Shown piece by piece: positions 13,255 to 24,907 of a DNA stretch of 64,000 nucleotides; within the stretch, counting starts at the first letter, position 1; each line of letters opens with the position of its first letter. The position numbers and the translations under genes are program-made. The notes under the pieces are model-generated. The model saw only the letters and a program-made list of their open reading frames with translations. It ran no database searches and was not told where the DNA came from. Source of the DNA: Eledone cirrhosa (Eukaryota); contig OZ024742.1 in NCBI GenBank assembly GCA_964016885.1, positions 18,972,001-19,036,000 on the forward strand, given 5' to 3'.

Positions 13255-13764
13255 CTATTCTCAGCTAAGTTCCCAAGCAATGCGCGGACACTAGGAACCC
13301 ATATAAAAATAATAATTCAGTGGATGTAATAAGCTAGCGGGGACTAAATTCCATAGCACTGAAAAAGTTCACTGTCTCTGGTCAGTGGTGGATTCTAAAG
13401 AATCAATCACGTGACACTGAGGTTAGTCAGTTAGGAGTGGGGTGGTATTATGACAAGAGCCTACTACTACTACTATGAATTAGCAGTAGATTTGGCAAGT
13501 TTGCTCAACAAATAATTTGGAGATAAATATATAGAATTAATACATCTACCAACATATGCGTATAGATGTACACTAATAGTAAGTAAGTTAATTTTTAATT
13601 TTTTTAATTTTCTTATTTTACGTCTTTCATATAATTGTTCTGCATCCCCCTGCATTGAACCACCTAGGTACTTTGACATAACTTATATATTTACTGGTAT
13701 TAGTGTACATCTGTACGCATATGTTGGTAGATGTATTAATTCTATATATATATATATATATATA

Positions 13765-14133
13765 TATGATATTAAATAAATGGAAACTATATTTATAAAA
13801 CCATATTTATTTCGTTATATATATTTCAGGGATATCATATTAACAATATGTTATGCCTTCTTCAGACAAAATACAATATAAACAGTCTTATAAATAAATA
13901 GATACGACATACCTTTCAATCACCTTGCATTTGGGAGGTTGATTTGGCAGAGTTGATTTGATTGTTAATATGATATCCCTGAAATATATATAACGAAATA
14001 AATATGGTTTTATAAATATAGTTTCCATTTATTTAATATCATAAATATACTCCAAATACTTGTTGAGTGCTTTTATTTCAGTTATAAATATTTACTCGTT
14101 GTTAACCCAACAATTTAAATATAACTTTCCATG
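13765..14133. mobile_element. Inverted-repeat HHR element (family shared with 23931/29384)
   Basis: Arms 13765-13847 and 13961-14043, plus a 90-bp tail homologous to 29526-29607. Flanked by (TA)n. Confidence 0.85.
13811..13870 (-). ncRNA. Type I hammerhead ribozyme
   Basis: UUUGU-CUGAAGA-AGGcauaacauauuguuaauaugauaucCCU-GAAA-UAUAU-AUA-ACGAA. Palindromic AU stem III, cleavage triplet AUA. Confidence 0.7.
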
Positions 14134-14146
14134 TATATATATATAT

Positions 14147-14518
14147 ATATTTATTAAAATAACAGATTAAAGTTTAAGCAAAGAATCGCTGCTTTCACCC
14201 TTAACGGGATCTTCTGAAACTAACAAAGTCAATCTGTAAACGCAGAACTGGATATTTCAAAAAACGTTGCAACCAGAGGAAGACAGGAAGACGATACTTT
14301 GGTTCGTGGAAACGTTCGCTTGCTAAATATCTAGTTCTGCGTTTACAGATTGACTTTGTTAGTTTCAGAAGATCCCGTTAAGGGTGAAAGCAGCGATTCT
14401 TTGCTTAAACTTTAATCTGTTATTTTAATAAATATTTGCTCTACGGTTCTTATATATTTGATATATATTTATCCTTATCGAGCCCTCTTTGGATTTTAGT
14501 CTTCAAATTTATTATTAT

Positions 14519-14520
<2 letters not shown>
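14147..14520. mobile_element. 111-bp inverted-repeat element with HHR-like variant motif
   Basis: Arms 14147-14257 and 14325-14435, tail to ~14520, (TA)n on both sides. The motif is CAGAAGA-UCCC guuaa GGGU-GAAAGCAGCGAUUC. Confidence 0.8.
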
Positions 14521-14559
<39 letters not shown>

Positions 14560-14689
14560 GATTATTGTAATGTATATTTTGTTTAGTTCATTAAAAATAT
14601 TCGTCACTAGATTTGCAATGACAGATATAACGGCCTAGCATATTTTCGATTGCTTGTATAAACTGCTTATCTCTACGGTTTATGTGTGT

Positions 14690-15170
14690 TTGTATGTGTA
14701 TACTGCTTACCTCTACGTCGTGTATATATTTGTCTGTGTATATTGCCTATTGACACGGTCCGTATTTGTTTGTATGTGTGTGCTGTCTATTTCCACGGTC
14801 CGTATATGTTTGTCTGCGCATATTGTCTATTGACACGGTCCGTATATGTTTGTATGTGTATATTGCCTATTGACACGGTCCGTATGTGTTTGTATGTGTG
14901 TGCTGTCTATTGACACGGCCCGTATATGTTTGTATGTGTGTGCTGTCTATTTCCAAGATTCGTATGTTTATACTACGTATTTCCACAATCTGTATGTGTC
15001 TGTGTGTATATACTGACTATTTCCACGGTCTGTATGTGTGTGTGTATATACTGACTATTTCCACGGTCTGTATGTGTGTGTGTATATACTGACTATTTCC
15101 ACGGTGTGTATGTGTGTGTATGTATATATTGACTATTTCCACGGTTTGTATTTATATATTACCTATCTCT
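14690..15170. repeat. ~40-bp degenerate minisatellite
   Basis: The unit tattgacacggtccgtatatgtttgtatgtgtgtgctgtc repeats at ~40 bp spacing and drifts to a ~38 bp variant. Confidence 0.85.
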
Positions 15171-15312
15171 ACGTTTAAATGTCATTTACTCTTCAATGAA
15201 GTTATAGATTCTTGAACCATCCTCTTCATAAATCTGTTATGGCTATTCGCTTTTTTTTTTCGTTCTTTATATCTGCCACAAATGTAGGATATTAATATAA
15301 ATTTAACTCAGT

Positions 15313-15525
15313 GTTGGATTGAGAGAATTGGTAGAGCATCAGAAAGATACCATTGCGTTATTTCTGGCTCTTTATATTCTGAGTTTAAATATCATCGAGA
15401 TCTACCTTGCCATTCATTTTTCTAGGGTCGATAAAATAAAGAACCAGTCAAGTACTTGCATTCATTCAGTCATCTTTGCCCTTCCTGAAATTCTCTGACC
15501 TGGCCTTGTCTAAGTTAGAAATCAA
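15313..15525 (+). mobile_element. SINE family 1 (diverged)
   Basis: ttctgagtttaaat...gggtcgataaaataaagaaccagt...tggccttgtctaagttagaaatc. Confidence 0.7.
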
Positions 15526-15859
15526 TATAAATTTACATCTAAATTCTGAGGTGAAAACAGACGATTCCTAAAGTTTATGTAGTACATGCAGGTAAACATT
15601 ATTGCAATGGCATAAACATGGAGTACAATTTTTTCTTCTTAATTGAAACTGATGTATCATTATAATTCATATTCTTTTATGACTATTTTAATACGATGTC
15701 ATAACAAAAATATTATTTCCAAATTGAAATCATCGAAGAAAAGTGTTTAACATTCTATGTTTTCAAAAATTGATCCTGTTTTCTGCACCACATAACCCGC
15801 TCACATGCACACATACTTGCACAAACATATACATACTCATACGGCTTTCTATACATACA

Positions 15860-16132
<273 letters not shown>

Positions 16133-16656
16133 GTGAAACAGAGAAAGAGAGATAAATACATAAAAGTATATGTATGTATATGAGTTGAGTTTATAGGTTT
16201 GGGTGGGGCTACGAGCGTGTATGTGATTGTATGTGAGTGCATGCATCTGTGTGTGTGCGTGTAGTTGCTTGCATGTGCATTTGTGTGTGAGAGAGAGTAG
16301 GTGTGTGTGTGTGTGGCTGTTTGTACATCAATGTTGGTGAGAAAAGAAGTGAAAAGACCTTGCAATTTACAGAATAGAAACTAAACAAAACAATTCACGT
16401 GTGTTAGTTTTCATTTTTCTCAGTCGTCTTCCCACATGCTTTCATTTAATGAATACTTTAGCAAAACGTTTACTTTTGTTAAACTCTTTGTCTAATTGCA
16501 AGCATATTTCTACTAACCAGATTAAACTGGAAAATCAAAAGCAAACTTTAGTAAAATGTGATTATGTAATTATTGAAAGCTCCTTTATGTTGTTTCTGTG
16601 TGATGAAAGCAGAGCTACTGTAAATAATATAGAGCCTCGACTGAATAAATAGACAC

Positions 16657-16738
<82 letters not shown>

Positions 16739-16929
16739 ATACTTGGGGAGGGTCATATTTGTGTAATATTGCCAGAATTAATAACAGAACACACTCACTG
16801 TTTGGTTGGTTTTCGCTTTTCGCTTCTGTGTCTTTTATATCGGTAATCTAATATAATATAATATACTCGGTCCTCAATGTTGCCATTGACTGACCGACGG
16901 TCAAAAATAATACAGATACAATATAGACA

Positions 16930-18820
16930 CAAACACATGTATATAGTTTATCATAAATCTGCAACATCGTCAGTGGTTCTATTGTTTCCTCCTGTTGAAT
17001 TGTATGGCTACGCCATTTTTATCCAGTCTGTCTATATATTTATTTATTTATTTGCTTGTTTGTTTATTTTATTTTGTCTTCTTTGCGCATGCGTTTGCGT
17101 GTGTGTATAGTGTTTTGTTTGATGTGTGATGTGTGTTCGTGATTGGGTGACTAATGTGTGTTTATGTGTTTGTTGTTATTGTGCTTGTGTATGTATTTAT
17201 TTATTTATTTACTTATTTATTTTATTTTATTTTATTTTATTTTATTTTATTTACTTATTTATACTCCTCTTAGGTCAGTGTTGTTTGTTTGGGTGTTGTT
17301 GTTATTCCATTCATTCTTTCTGTTTAGTCTTGGTCTTCTAATTTCTATTTCACTGGCCTCTCTGCTGGGTCATTTCTATGTTTAGATATTATTCTAATTT
17401 CTATGTTGTCTATGTTACCGTCATGTTGTTGTCTGGCATATTCGTATAGTACTGATCCGTTTTTTCGTCCTTTTAGTTCCCCCCAGTGTTGGTCTATCCT
17501 TTCACCTATGCTACGAGCTGTCTCACCTATGTATGTTGTTGTCATGTTTCTGTAGGTACCCTCTGTACATCTTATGCTATAGACTACGTTTCTAGTTTTA
17601 CAGTTTATCCGGGGGTTTACCTTACATATGATACATTTCCTATTGGTACAGTGGGTTTTCTTAAAAGGGTAGGTTTTGCTGATCAGGGATTTTATGGTGG
17701 TTCCTAGTTTTTCTACCACCTTAATTTTTAAGTGGGTCTTTCTCAGGGCCTTTCTACACTGGTTAGCTAGTTTCCCTCCAGGGGTAGCGTCCACAAACAT
17801 GACACTCTGGTATCTCTTGTTGTCGTACCATGAGGTGGCTTTCCCTATCTTATGTCTAGCCCTATCTAAGCTATTCCATGATTTGCTCCTATATAATGGG
17901 CAAATTCTTTTCATGTCCAGTTCTATGAGGGTCTTATACTTCTCCATGGGTCCTTCGTATACTCTGACTCTGTCTCTTTGGTTGTAGCCAGAGAACTGCA
18001 TGCGGTTGATGAAGTGTTGGATGTGTCTTACCATTTCTGTTGGGTCGCACATGCGGGACACATTCTTCATCACTCGTACCAAATCTGCGATCAGAATATT
18101 AAACTTAGCACTACTGGACATTGCTGAGTTTTTTTTTATTATCAGGTATTTGGAGGCCATGAGTTTAGCATAGTGTGAGTGGAGAATTTGGGCTCTCTCG
18201 TCTATAGTGTTAATCCAGAGTTCTGTGTCTAATACAGGTAGTCTATTGTTAGGGTGTTTGGAAGGGAAGTCGATAGTTACAGTTATACTCTGGTGTATGG
18301 AATTAGCTATCTGCTGGATGCTTTCCATTGTGCTACGTTCTAAATCAAACTTGTTAGTGCTCTCTAGTGGGGATGTTATTTTGATATCGTCTACATAACG
18401 AGAGTACATGATGAGGTCTATGGAGCTCTCATTAAGGAGATCTTTAAGTCTCCTTTCCCACCATACCATGAAAAGGTTGGCAACATCACCAGCTATGCTG
18501 ACGCCAATGGCTGCTCCCTCATTTTGGGTGTAGATCTTCTCGTTGAACTTAAATATGTGGCCCTTGAGGGTAGTTTTGATACTAGCCCCTATTGCACGTG
18601 CGACCATTTTTCTTACCTGATCATTGTTTTGGGGGGGTCCGTATAGCTTTGGTCTACCCAATCCACCTTCCCATGGGAGTCTTTTTTGCCATTGAGGTTA
18701 TGGTGGGGGGTCTACCTCTTATGGGTCTACTAGGGCAGAAACGTCTAAGGTCATGGCTGTCTAGGTAGTCAGTGTCGTAGGTAAGTCTAAGTAGGTAAGT
18801 CTTAGTAGGTAAGTCTAAGT
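16930..18820 (-). mobile_element. 5'-truncated Penelope-like element, RT + C-terminal GIY-YIG (possibly Nematis-like)
   Basis: ORF 17345-18661 has HIFKFNEKIYTQNEGAAIGVSIAGDVANLFM, YSRYVDD, LPVLD, CTNRKCIIC and NVVYSIRC...YIGETARSIGERIDQH. A frameshifted continuation lies upstream (CPSRPIRGRPPTIT). The clade assignment is tentative. Confidence 0.9.
17345..18661 (-). pseudogene. PLE reverse transcriptase/GIY-YIG endonuclease partial ORF (438 aa)
   Basis: YVDD catalytic motif and VVY..YIG endonuclease motif are present. The N-terminus is missing and the C-terminus ends early. Confidence 0.88.
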
Positions 18821-18908
18821 CCCCAAGTATAACAATATTTGTTTCGACACACGATTTCATATAAAAACCTCGCAAAACTAATTCATCGCCGTTATATATA
18901 TATATATA

Positions 18909-19212
18909 TATAAAGAAAAAAAGATGAAATCGAAAATGCAAATGGAGTCTTATTTTTTTAAAAATATATATATTTATTTGGTTCCTTTACCGGTTTCGCA
19001 GTTCTTCTGCTTTTCAAAAGTAGAGTTGAGAGGGAGGGTCTGTGGTTTTTGAAAAGCAGAAGAACTGCGAAACCGGTAAAGGAACCAAATAAATATATAT
19101 ATATTTTTTTAAATAAGACTCCAGTTGCATTTTCGATTTCATCTTTTTTTCTTTATACTTCCACTCGTGTAGGACACCTCGGTTATTTTTCATTTTGTAA
19201 AAAAAACCTCAC

Positions 19213-19220
<8 letters not shown>
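18909..19220. mobile_element. 110-bp inverted-repeat element with U3-A8 variant HHRs
   Basis: Arms 18909-19019 and 19047-19157, a 27-bp spacer and a ~60-bp tail, flanked by (TA)n. Confidence 0.88.
19046..19081 (+). ncRNA. Minimal type I HHR, U3-A8 core variant (mirror copy 18985-19020 on minus)
   Basis: UUU-UUGAAAA-GCAG aagaa CUGC-GAAAC-CG-GUA-AAG. Palindromic ACCGGU stem III. Confidence 0.7.
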
Positions 19221-19272
<52 letters not shown>

Positions 19273-19276
<4 letters not shown>

Positions 19277-19350
19277 GCCTTGTCTGACGAACGAATGAGG
19301 ACGTTTCTTGTATTCGTCTTATTCGGGAAACCTCTGGTAATAAGGTAATT
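19273..19350 (+). ncRNA. Type I hammerhead ribozyme (canonical core)
   Basis: AAUUGCCUUGU-CUGACGA-A-CGAAUGAGGACG...CGUCUUAUUCG-G-GAAAC-CucuG-GUA-AUAAGGUAAUU. 11-bp stem I, ~11-bp stem II, GUA triplet. It starts right after (TA)n. Confidence 0.85.
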
Positions 19351-19624
19351 ATATTGTATTGTTTATTGTACATGAAATTTAGCTCTGTAACTTACATGAC
19401 TTTTCACTCCTATGACTTTTTCAATTTTCAACGGAAACTTCAATACTTATATATATGAGAGAGAGAGATAGAGAGGGGGAGAGAGAGAAGCATGTATAGA
19501 AACAAAGAAAACGAGTGAGAGAAAGTCAAAGCAGCACATATTCGCGCGCACAGACTAACAGATAGACACGCATACATACATACATACATACACACATACA
19601 TACACACACACATACATACATACA

Positions 19625-20120
19625 TGATGGCTGCCCCATCGTTATCGAGTATGGCCATTGCACGATATACCATTATTAATAATTATTAATTAATTCTATC
19701 GTGCAATGCCTGTGCATGAAGATATTTTTTAACGTGAGGAAAGACTGTGCACTGAGCCAATCCCACTCTCTCAACGACATTAGCTATAACCCGAAAAGAA
19801 GAAAAGATCAACATCATCGGTAACTACTGAGCCGCAGGTTTAATATCGGAGTTATCCCAGTTTCCCGAGTTGCCTTCTCCTAGAAGAATGCCCTGACAAA
19901 GGCTCCCAGTGGTTTAACCGCGCGGTATTTGTGTATATACATATTTACACTCTTTTGGATGGCCGTTGACTCTTATGAGTTCTTCGCCCTTTGTCAGGTT
20001 TTGTTTTTTGTCCTGCAGGGTGTCCAAAATCACCCTGGTGGGGTTGCCGGTTTAGTCGCCGACGACCCGACCATGCGACTACGTTACATGTTACCAGTAG
20101 CACTCAAGAGTGATCCGACA
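19625..20120 (-). mobile_element. RTE-5'UTR-related short element (family with 54000-54610 and 63060-63452)
   Basis: Shares ccttctcctag..., gccctttg.caggttttg, ggtggggttgcc.gtttagtcgcc.acgacccgaccatg and the 3' actcga...gcagcca.ca terminus with the other copies. The ctaggagaagg..actc motif recalls RTE 5' UTRs. Confidence 0.65.
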
Positions 20121-21756
20121 TACATACATACATACATACATACATGTATTATGTATGTTATACTGATTATGACAAACGAGAGACAATGTACTCAATACAT
20201 GTAAAGTATATCAAATATGTACGTTTGATTCCATCTTTACCGCTACTCACAGTTTCTACATCTTTTACTTTTCTTTCTGATGGCAACGTATGTTGAAAAT
20301 AAGATCATTGGAAGGGCATAATTCAATATGGCGTAGGAACAAAACTATTTGATTGGCCTGTCCAGCTAATGAGTAGCTCGTACATAGTTTAAGATTTGAG
20401 TTTAGCATTAAATCAAATTATAGGATGTAATCCCTGATTACAAATTAAATAGTTTAAGGGACTTGATTGAGGTTGAAAATTAAAGTTATTAAAGAAGAGT
20501 ATATAGGGGAGATAAATGTTGGTAATTGAAAATATAATTCGCGATTATTTAATAAGAATGTATTGCATGATGCCGTAGGGCTGGCACGTTACTAGTTTCA
20601 CAAGGTACTCCAATTTACATGTGAAACTTTAAGTAACATCTTCACAAAAATACTACATGGAGTAGGTGGAGGAGGAAGATAAAGCCAAGAAATATGATAT
20701 GTATGAAAGCTATTAAAGCCATAACAACTTCTATAATCTCGGGTTAACCAATGACTTATAGATGGTGAGGGAGGCGCGTTAGAGGAGCCATTCCAGCTCA
20801 CGAGGTTCACATCTTTGTGTAGCCAACTCCATGCCGATGGTGGTGAGTAGGGAGGTGGTCCTAGGGTCAAAGACACCAGAAATTTCCACTGCAAAATCAC
20901 ATGATTACTTTGAATCTCAATTCTTGCTGGCTTCACTGTAAATTCCGAGTAACATTCAGGTGTATGAGCTTATAAAATATCGTTGAATATTTGTAAGAAA
21001 TTACTATATCGTATATAGCCCAAGTCATAGCAGCTTACTTACATAGAACTGCTATTTAAATATATATCATATGTGTCTAAAGTTAATAAGTATGTGTGTA
21101 TCAAGGTTAAGAAAATCCTTGCACTGTGTAAACATATAATATATGGAGGATTATACCAGGTTATTTTAATAATTATTTGCTTTAGGCTTCCTGTAATAGG
21201 ATGTTCTATTCACTATCTTATCATTGACACAATTTCTTTACAAAGTGCTGTGGTAGATTTGCGTAAACATAGTAAATATTTCCTGATAAATTACAAATGT
21301 TTTCATTCGTTTGCTTAATAATTGTAGGCGGGCGATAACAAAATTTAATAAAGCATATTTCTTTTCATTAGGCATTAAGTAGGGGTGGTGTTTACACATG
21401 TACAAGTTTAGTGTTAAGTCTAGGATATTGAATATGTTCGAGTTTGTAGTTGCTGTTATTTTAATTTAAATTGATCCAATATATTGATGATCGCTTTTCT
21501 AACTTTGTCTCTATTATATTGTTTTAAGTTATGTGACGCCACGAATATAATGTCTCCATTTCTATTGATGAGTTCTATTCTATTTCTATGTGTATATAGT
21601 TTATACTGTCTATATTACATATAAAGAAAAAGTTTAAAATTCTGCATCACTGCTCGCTGGTATAATAAGAATTTATTTTCTGTGTTTCTAATACCAAGAA
21701 GGAATTAATATGAAATAAAACATATTTCTCTGTGTTTATTATTACATTAACACAGA

Positions 21757-21958
21757 AGGCGATGTATTAGCAGTATCGGTAGAGCGTCGGATACTGTGCC
21801 TTGTCAGATAGAATTATGTCATCTTTACGTTCTGATTTCAAACCCCGCCGTGATTAGCTTTCCTTTCATCCTTACGGGGTCAATAAAATAAAGTACCAGT
21901 AATGCACTGAGGTCAATTTAATCGACTTTCCATTGTGCCTAAATCAGAAACCATTATT
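21757..21958 (+). mobile_element. SINE family 1
   Basis: tRNA-like head (ggcgatgtattagcagtatcggtagagcg...ttcaaaccccgcc) plus aaataaagtaccagtaatgcactg. A second diverged copy follows at 21970-22175. Confidence 0.8.
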
Positions 21959-22570
21959 TCTCTGATGCTGAGCGGAGTATTAGCAGTATCGATAGAGCGT
22001 CAGTCAAAGTATTTTGCGGTATTTGTTCTGGCATTTTACTTTCTGAGTTCAAATCTCGCTGGGATCAAATTTGCTTTTTATCTTGCTGGGTTTAATAAAA
22101 TATAATACCAGACAAGTACTGGGTCGGTCGATATAATCGGCATTCTCCTCCACAAAATTGCATTCCTTTTTATATTAGTATAAAAGGGAAATATTTTATA
22201 TTTATATTTCCAAATTACAGAAATATCAGCTCAATCTTCTTAGAAATGTATTTTAATTGCTCCCCAATACAATTATTTCACCCGGAAACAATTTAATTAC
22301 CCTCCATCTAATTTCTTTCAATAATTGCTATTCTACACTTTAATTGGAATTATCATTATCAAATCTAGTATTACTTCCCTTTAATGATTATGTTTTCAAC
22401 CCCAATTGTGTGTCTGTAACTAACTATTATATTTATAATCTTCATTTATCCTTTTTATCGTCATTTAATTCTGACTCACAACTTAGATATAAGCTACACG
22501 TGAGCTGCGTCGTTGACTGAGCCGAATAAATTATATATACATTCAATATTATTAAGGTTGAAAAGTGAGT

Positions 22571-22618
22571 CTTGTTACTCTGGAGTTTCGCCTGTTTATC
22601 ACAGGGTCATCAGACAAG
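22571..22618 (-). ncRNA. Type I hammerhead ribozyme (canonical core)
   Basis: CUUGU-CUGAUGA-C-CCUGU gauaa ACAGG-C-GAAAC-UC ca GA-GUA-ACAAG. All three stems pair. It begins at the edge of (TA)n. Confidence 0.85.
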
Positions 22619-23231
<613 letters not shown>

Positions 23232-23469
23232 ATATCATTCATTTGGAGTATGTATCTCTTTTACTAAAAGAGAAAACCATTTATATATTACAAATGTTAT
23301 GTCATACAAAATCACGCAAAATGTCTCATTTGTATATAAACCATACATAAAGAATATTTAATACTTGTAATAATCCAAAATAACATGATTGAAATAAAGA
23401 TGTATGAATTCATACTGACAACTTCTTATTTTATCGTTGTTGTTTGTAAATATATATATAGCTATAGAA

Positions 23470-23600
23470 CAGGCGTGTGGCTTAATTGTATCGGAGTTCA
23501 GCTCACGATTACTAGACCAAGAATTTGATTTCCCGCGGCACATTCTGTCCTTGAGCAAGACACTTTATTTCACGATTGTCAAATCAAGTGAGCTGGCAAA
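23470..23600 (+). mobile_element. SINE family 2, 5' part
   Basis: ggcgtgtggcttaattg...gtccttgagcaagacactttatttcacg. Confidence 0.7.
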
Positions 23601-23930
23601 ATTTTGAAGTTCCAACCTCGTGTGTCAGGTTTTATATAGACTGAGGTTTTTATCATGGGTGGGGTGGGGGTTTATTGTGGCTAAACCGGAACTTGGTCAG
23701 AATGTGTGCAGCGGAGTAAAGTCTGTCAAAAATACGCAAGGACTATGAGATGGTATGAAAGCGAGTGACTTACCAAACACAAATAGTCGGAGCAAATCTG
23801 GCAAGTTCGACGCTCTAACAAATCACTAATTACTGCCCCTGGACTACTACTTTATTTATCGATCCCGAATAAGAACACACACACACAAATATATATAAAT
23901 ATGTGTGTGGGTTCATATATATATATATAT

Positions 23931-24073
23931 ATATACAATATATTAACAAATGGAAACTATATTTATAAAACCATATTTATTTCATTATACATATTTCAAG
24001 GGCCACCAAGGTAAACTATGGTGCGCTTTCATCAGATAAAATATAATATAGGTTAGTTTTATGAATAAATATT
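23931..24073 (-). mobile_element. Left arm of inverted HHR element (HHR at 23980-24041)
   Basis: Reverse complement of 29384-29526. UUUUAU-CUGAUGA-AAGcgcACCA...UGGUggccCUU-GAAA-UAUGU-AUA-AUGAAA. Confidence 0.8.
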
Positions 24074-24581
24074 GACATGATCCGGCCAAAATGGCGACAA
24101 GGAAGGTCGCTTGACCACGTCTTGACCGAACAAAATATAATATTTTCACCAAAAACTGCCCTTTAAACACATGTCAGATGGATTACAATATTCATTATCA
24201 CAATTACTTTCACTGTTCCCTGACAACTAGTACCAGTTTCAAGATAGAATTATTTTAACGAAGTATATATAATTTGACTTGATTTTCGCCAACAAACCAC
24301 GTGTGGACATGGACGGGGAAAAAAGGGAAAAAAAAACAAAACAAATCACTACATCCCTTAAGGATCGCAGTAAGTACTCCACAAAACATATAAACGACAA
24401 TATACACACAGATTTATATACAGATATATACCATATGCATATACACACACGTGAAAAGAAACCACACTATTTCGTGTGAGACACTATACCGGCCAATTTT
24501 ACCAATTTACATTGGTAAAATATTTCTTAACATTGACCTCGCTTCTAACCCACATACACCTTTTAATTATATATATATATA

Positions 24582-24700
24582 CTAGCAGCTGAAAGTTAAT
24601 AATTTGAAAAAAAAATATTATTGAAAGTTTACTATAAAGAAGCAGTATCAGGGGAAAAAAAAAAAAAAAAAAACCTTATTTCGCTGTTAATAAACAACTG
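24582..24700 (-). mobile_element. Helitron-like 3' end fragment
   Basis: ctagca...aagttaataatttgaaaaa.tattattgaaagttta.tataaagaagcagt matches 10449-10535. Confidence 0.6.
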
Positions 24701-24907
24701 CCTTCTACAGTACGTTTCATTTAACTTACGCAGCATATTTATTTGTTTACATGTAATGTAATTCAGACTCTTCTGTACACACACAACATTTAGGAAAACG
24801 GAAACAAAATACACAAAAAAAAACAAAACAAAAAAAACAGACATTTTATTTCTATCGTAATCAAGTGCGCTAAACCTATATTGTTTACATTCTGTGTTTT
24901 TCTACGG

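Larger units (their letters stand above)
12581..13748 (-). mobile_element. Tandem (~531-535 bp) plus inverted HHR-bearing non-coding element between (TA)n tracts
   Basis: 12581-13115 is repeated at 13116-13577 at near identity. 13578-13748 is an inverted copy of ~12997-13160. Each unit has one HHR. Confidence 0.9.

Noticed and set aside
16935-16976. CUGACGA downstream of the PLE ORF (minus)
   Set aside because: It is at the expected position for a pLTR HHR, but GAAA and NUH are degenerate, so it is not called.
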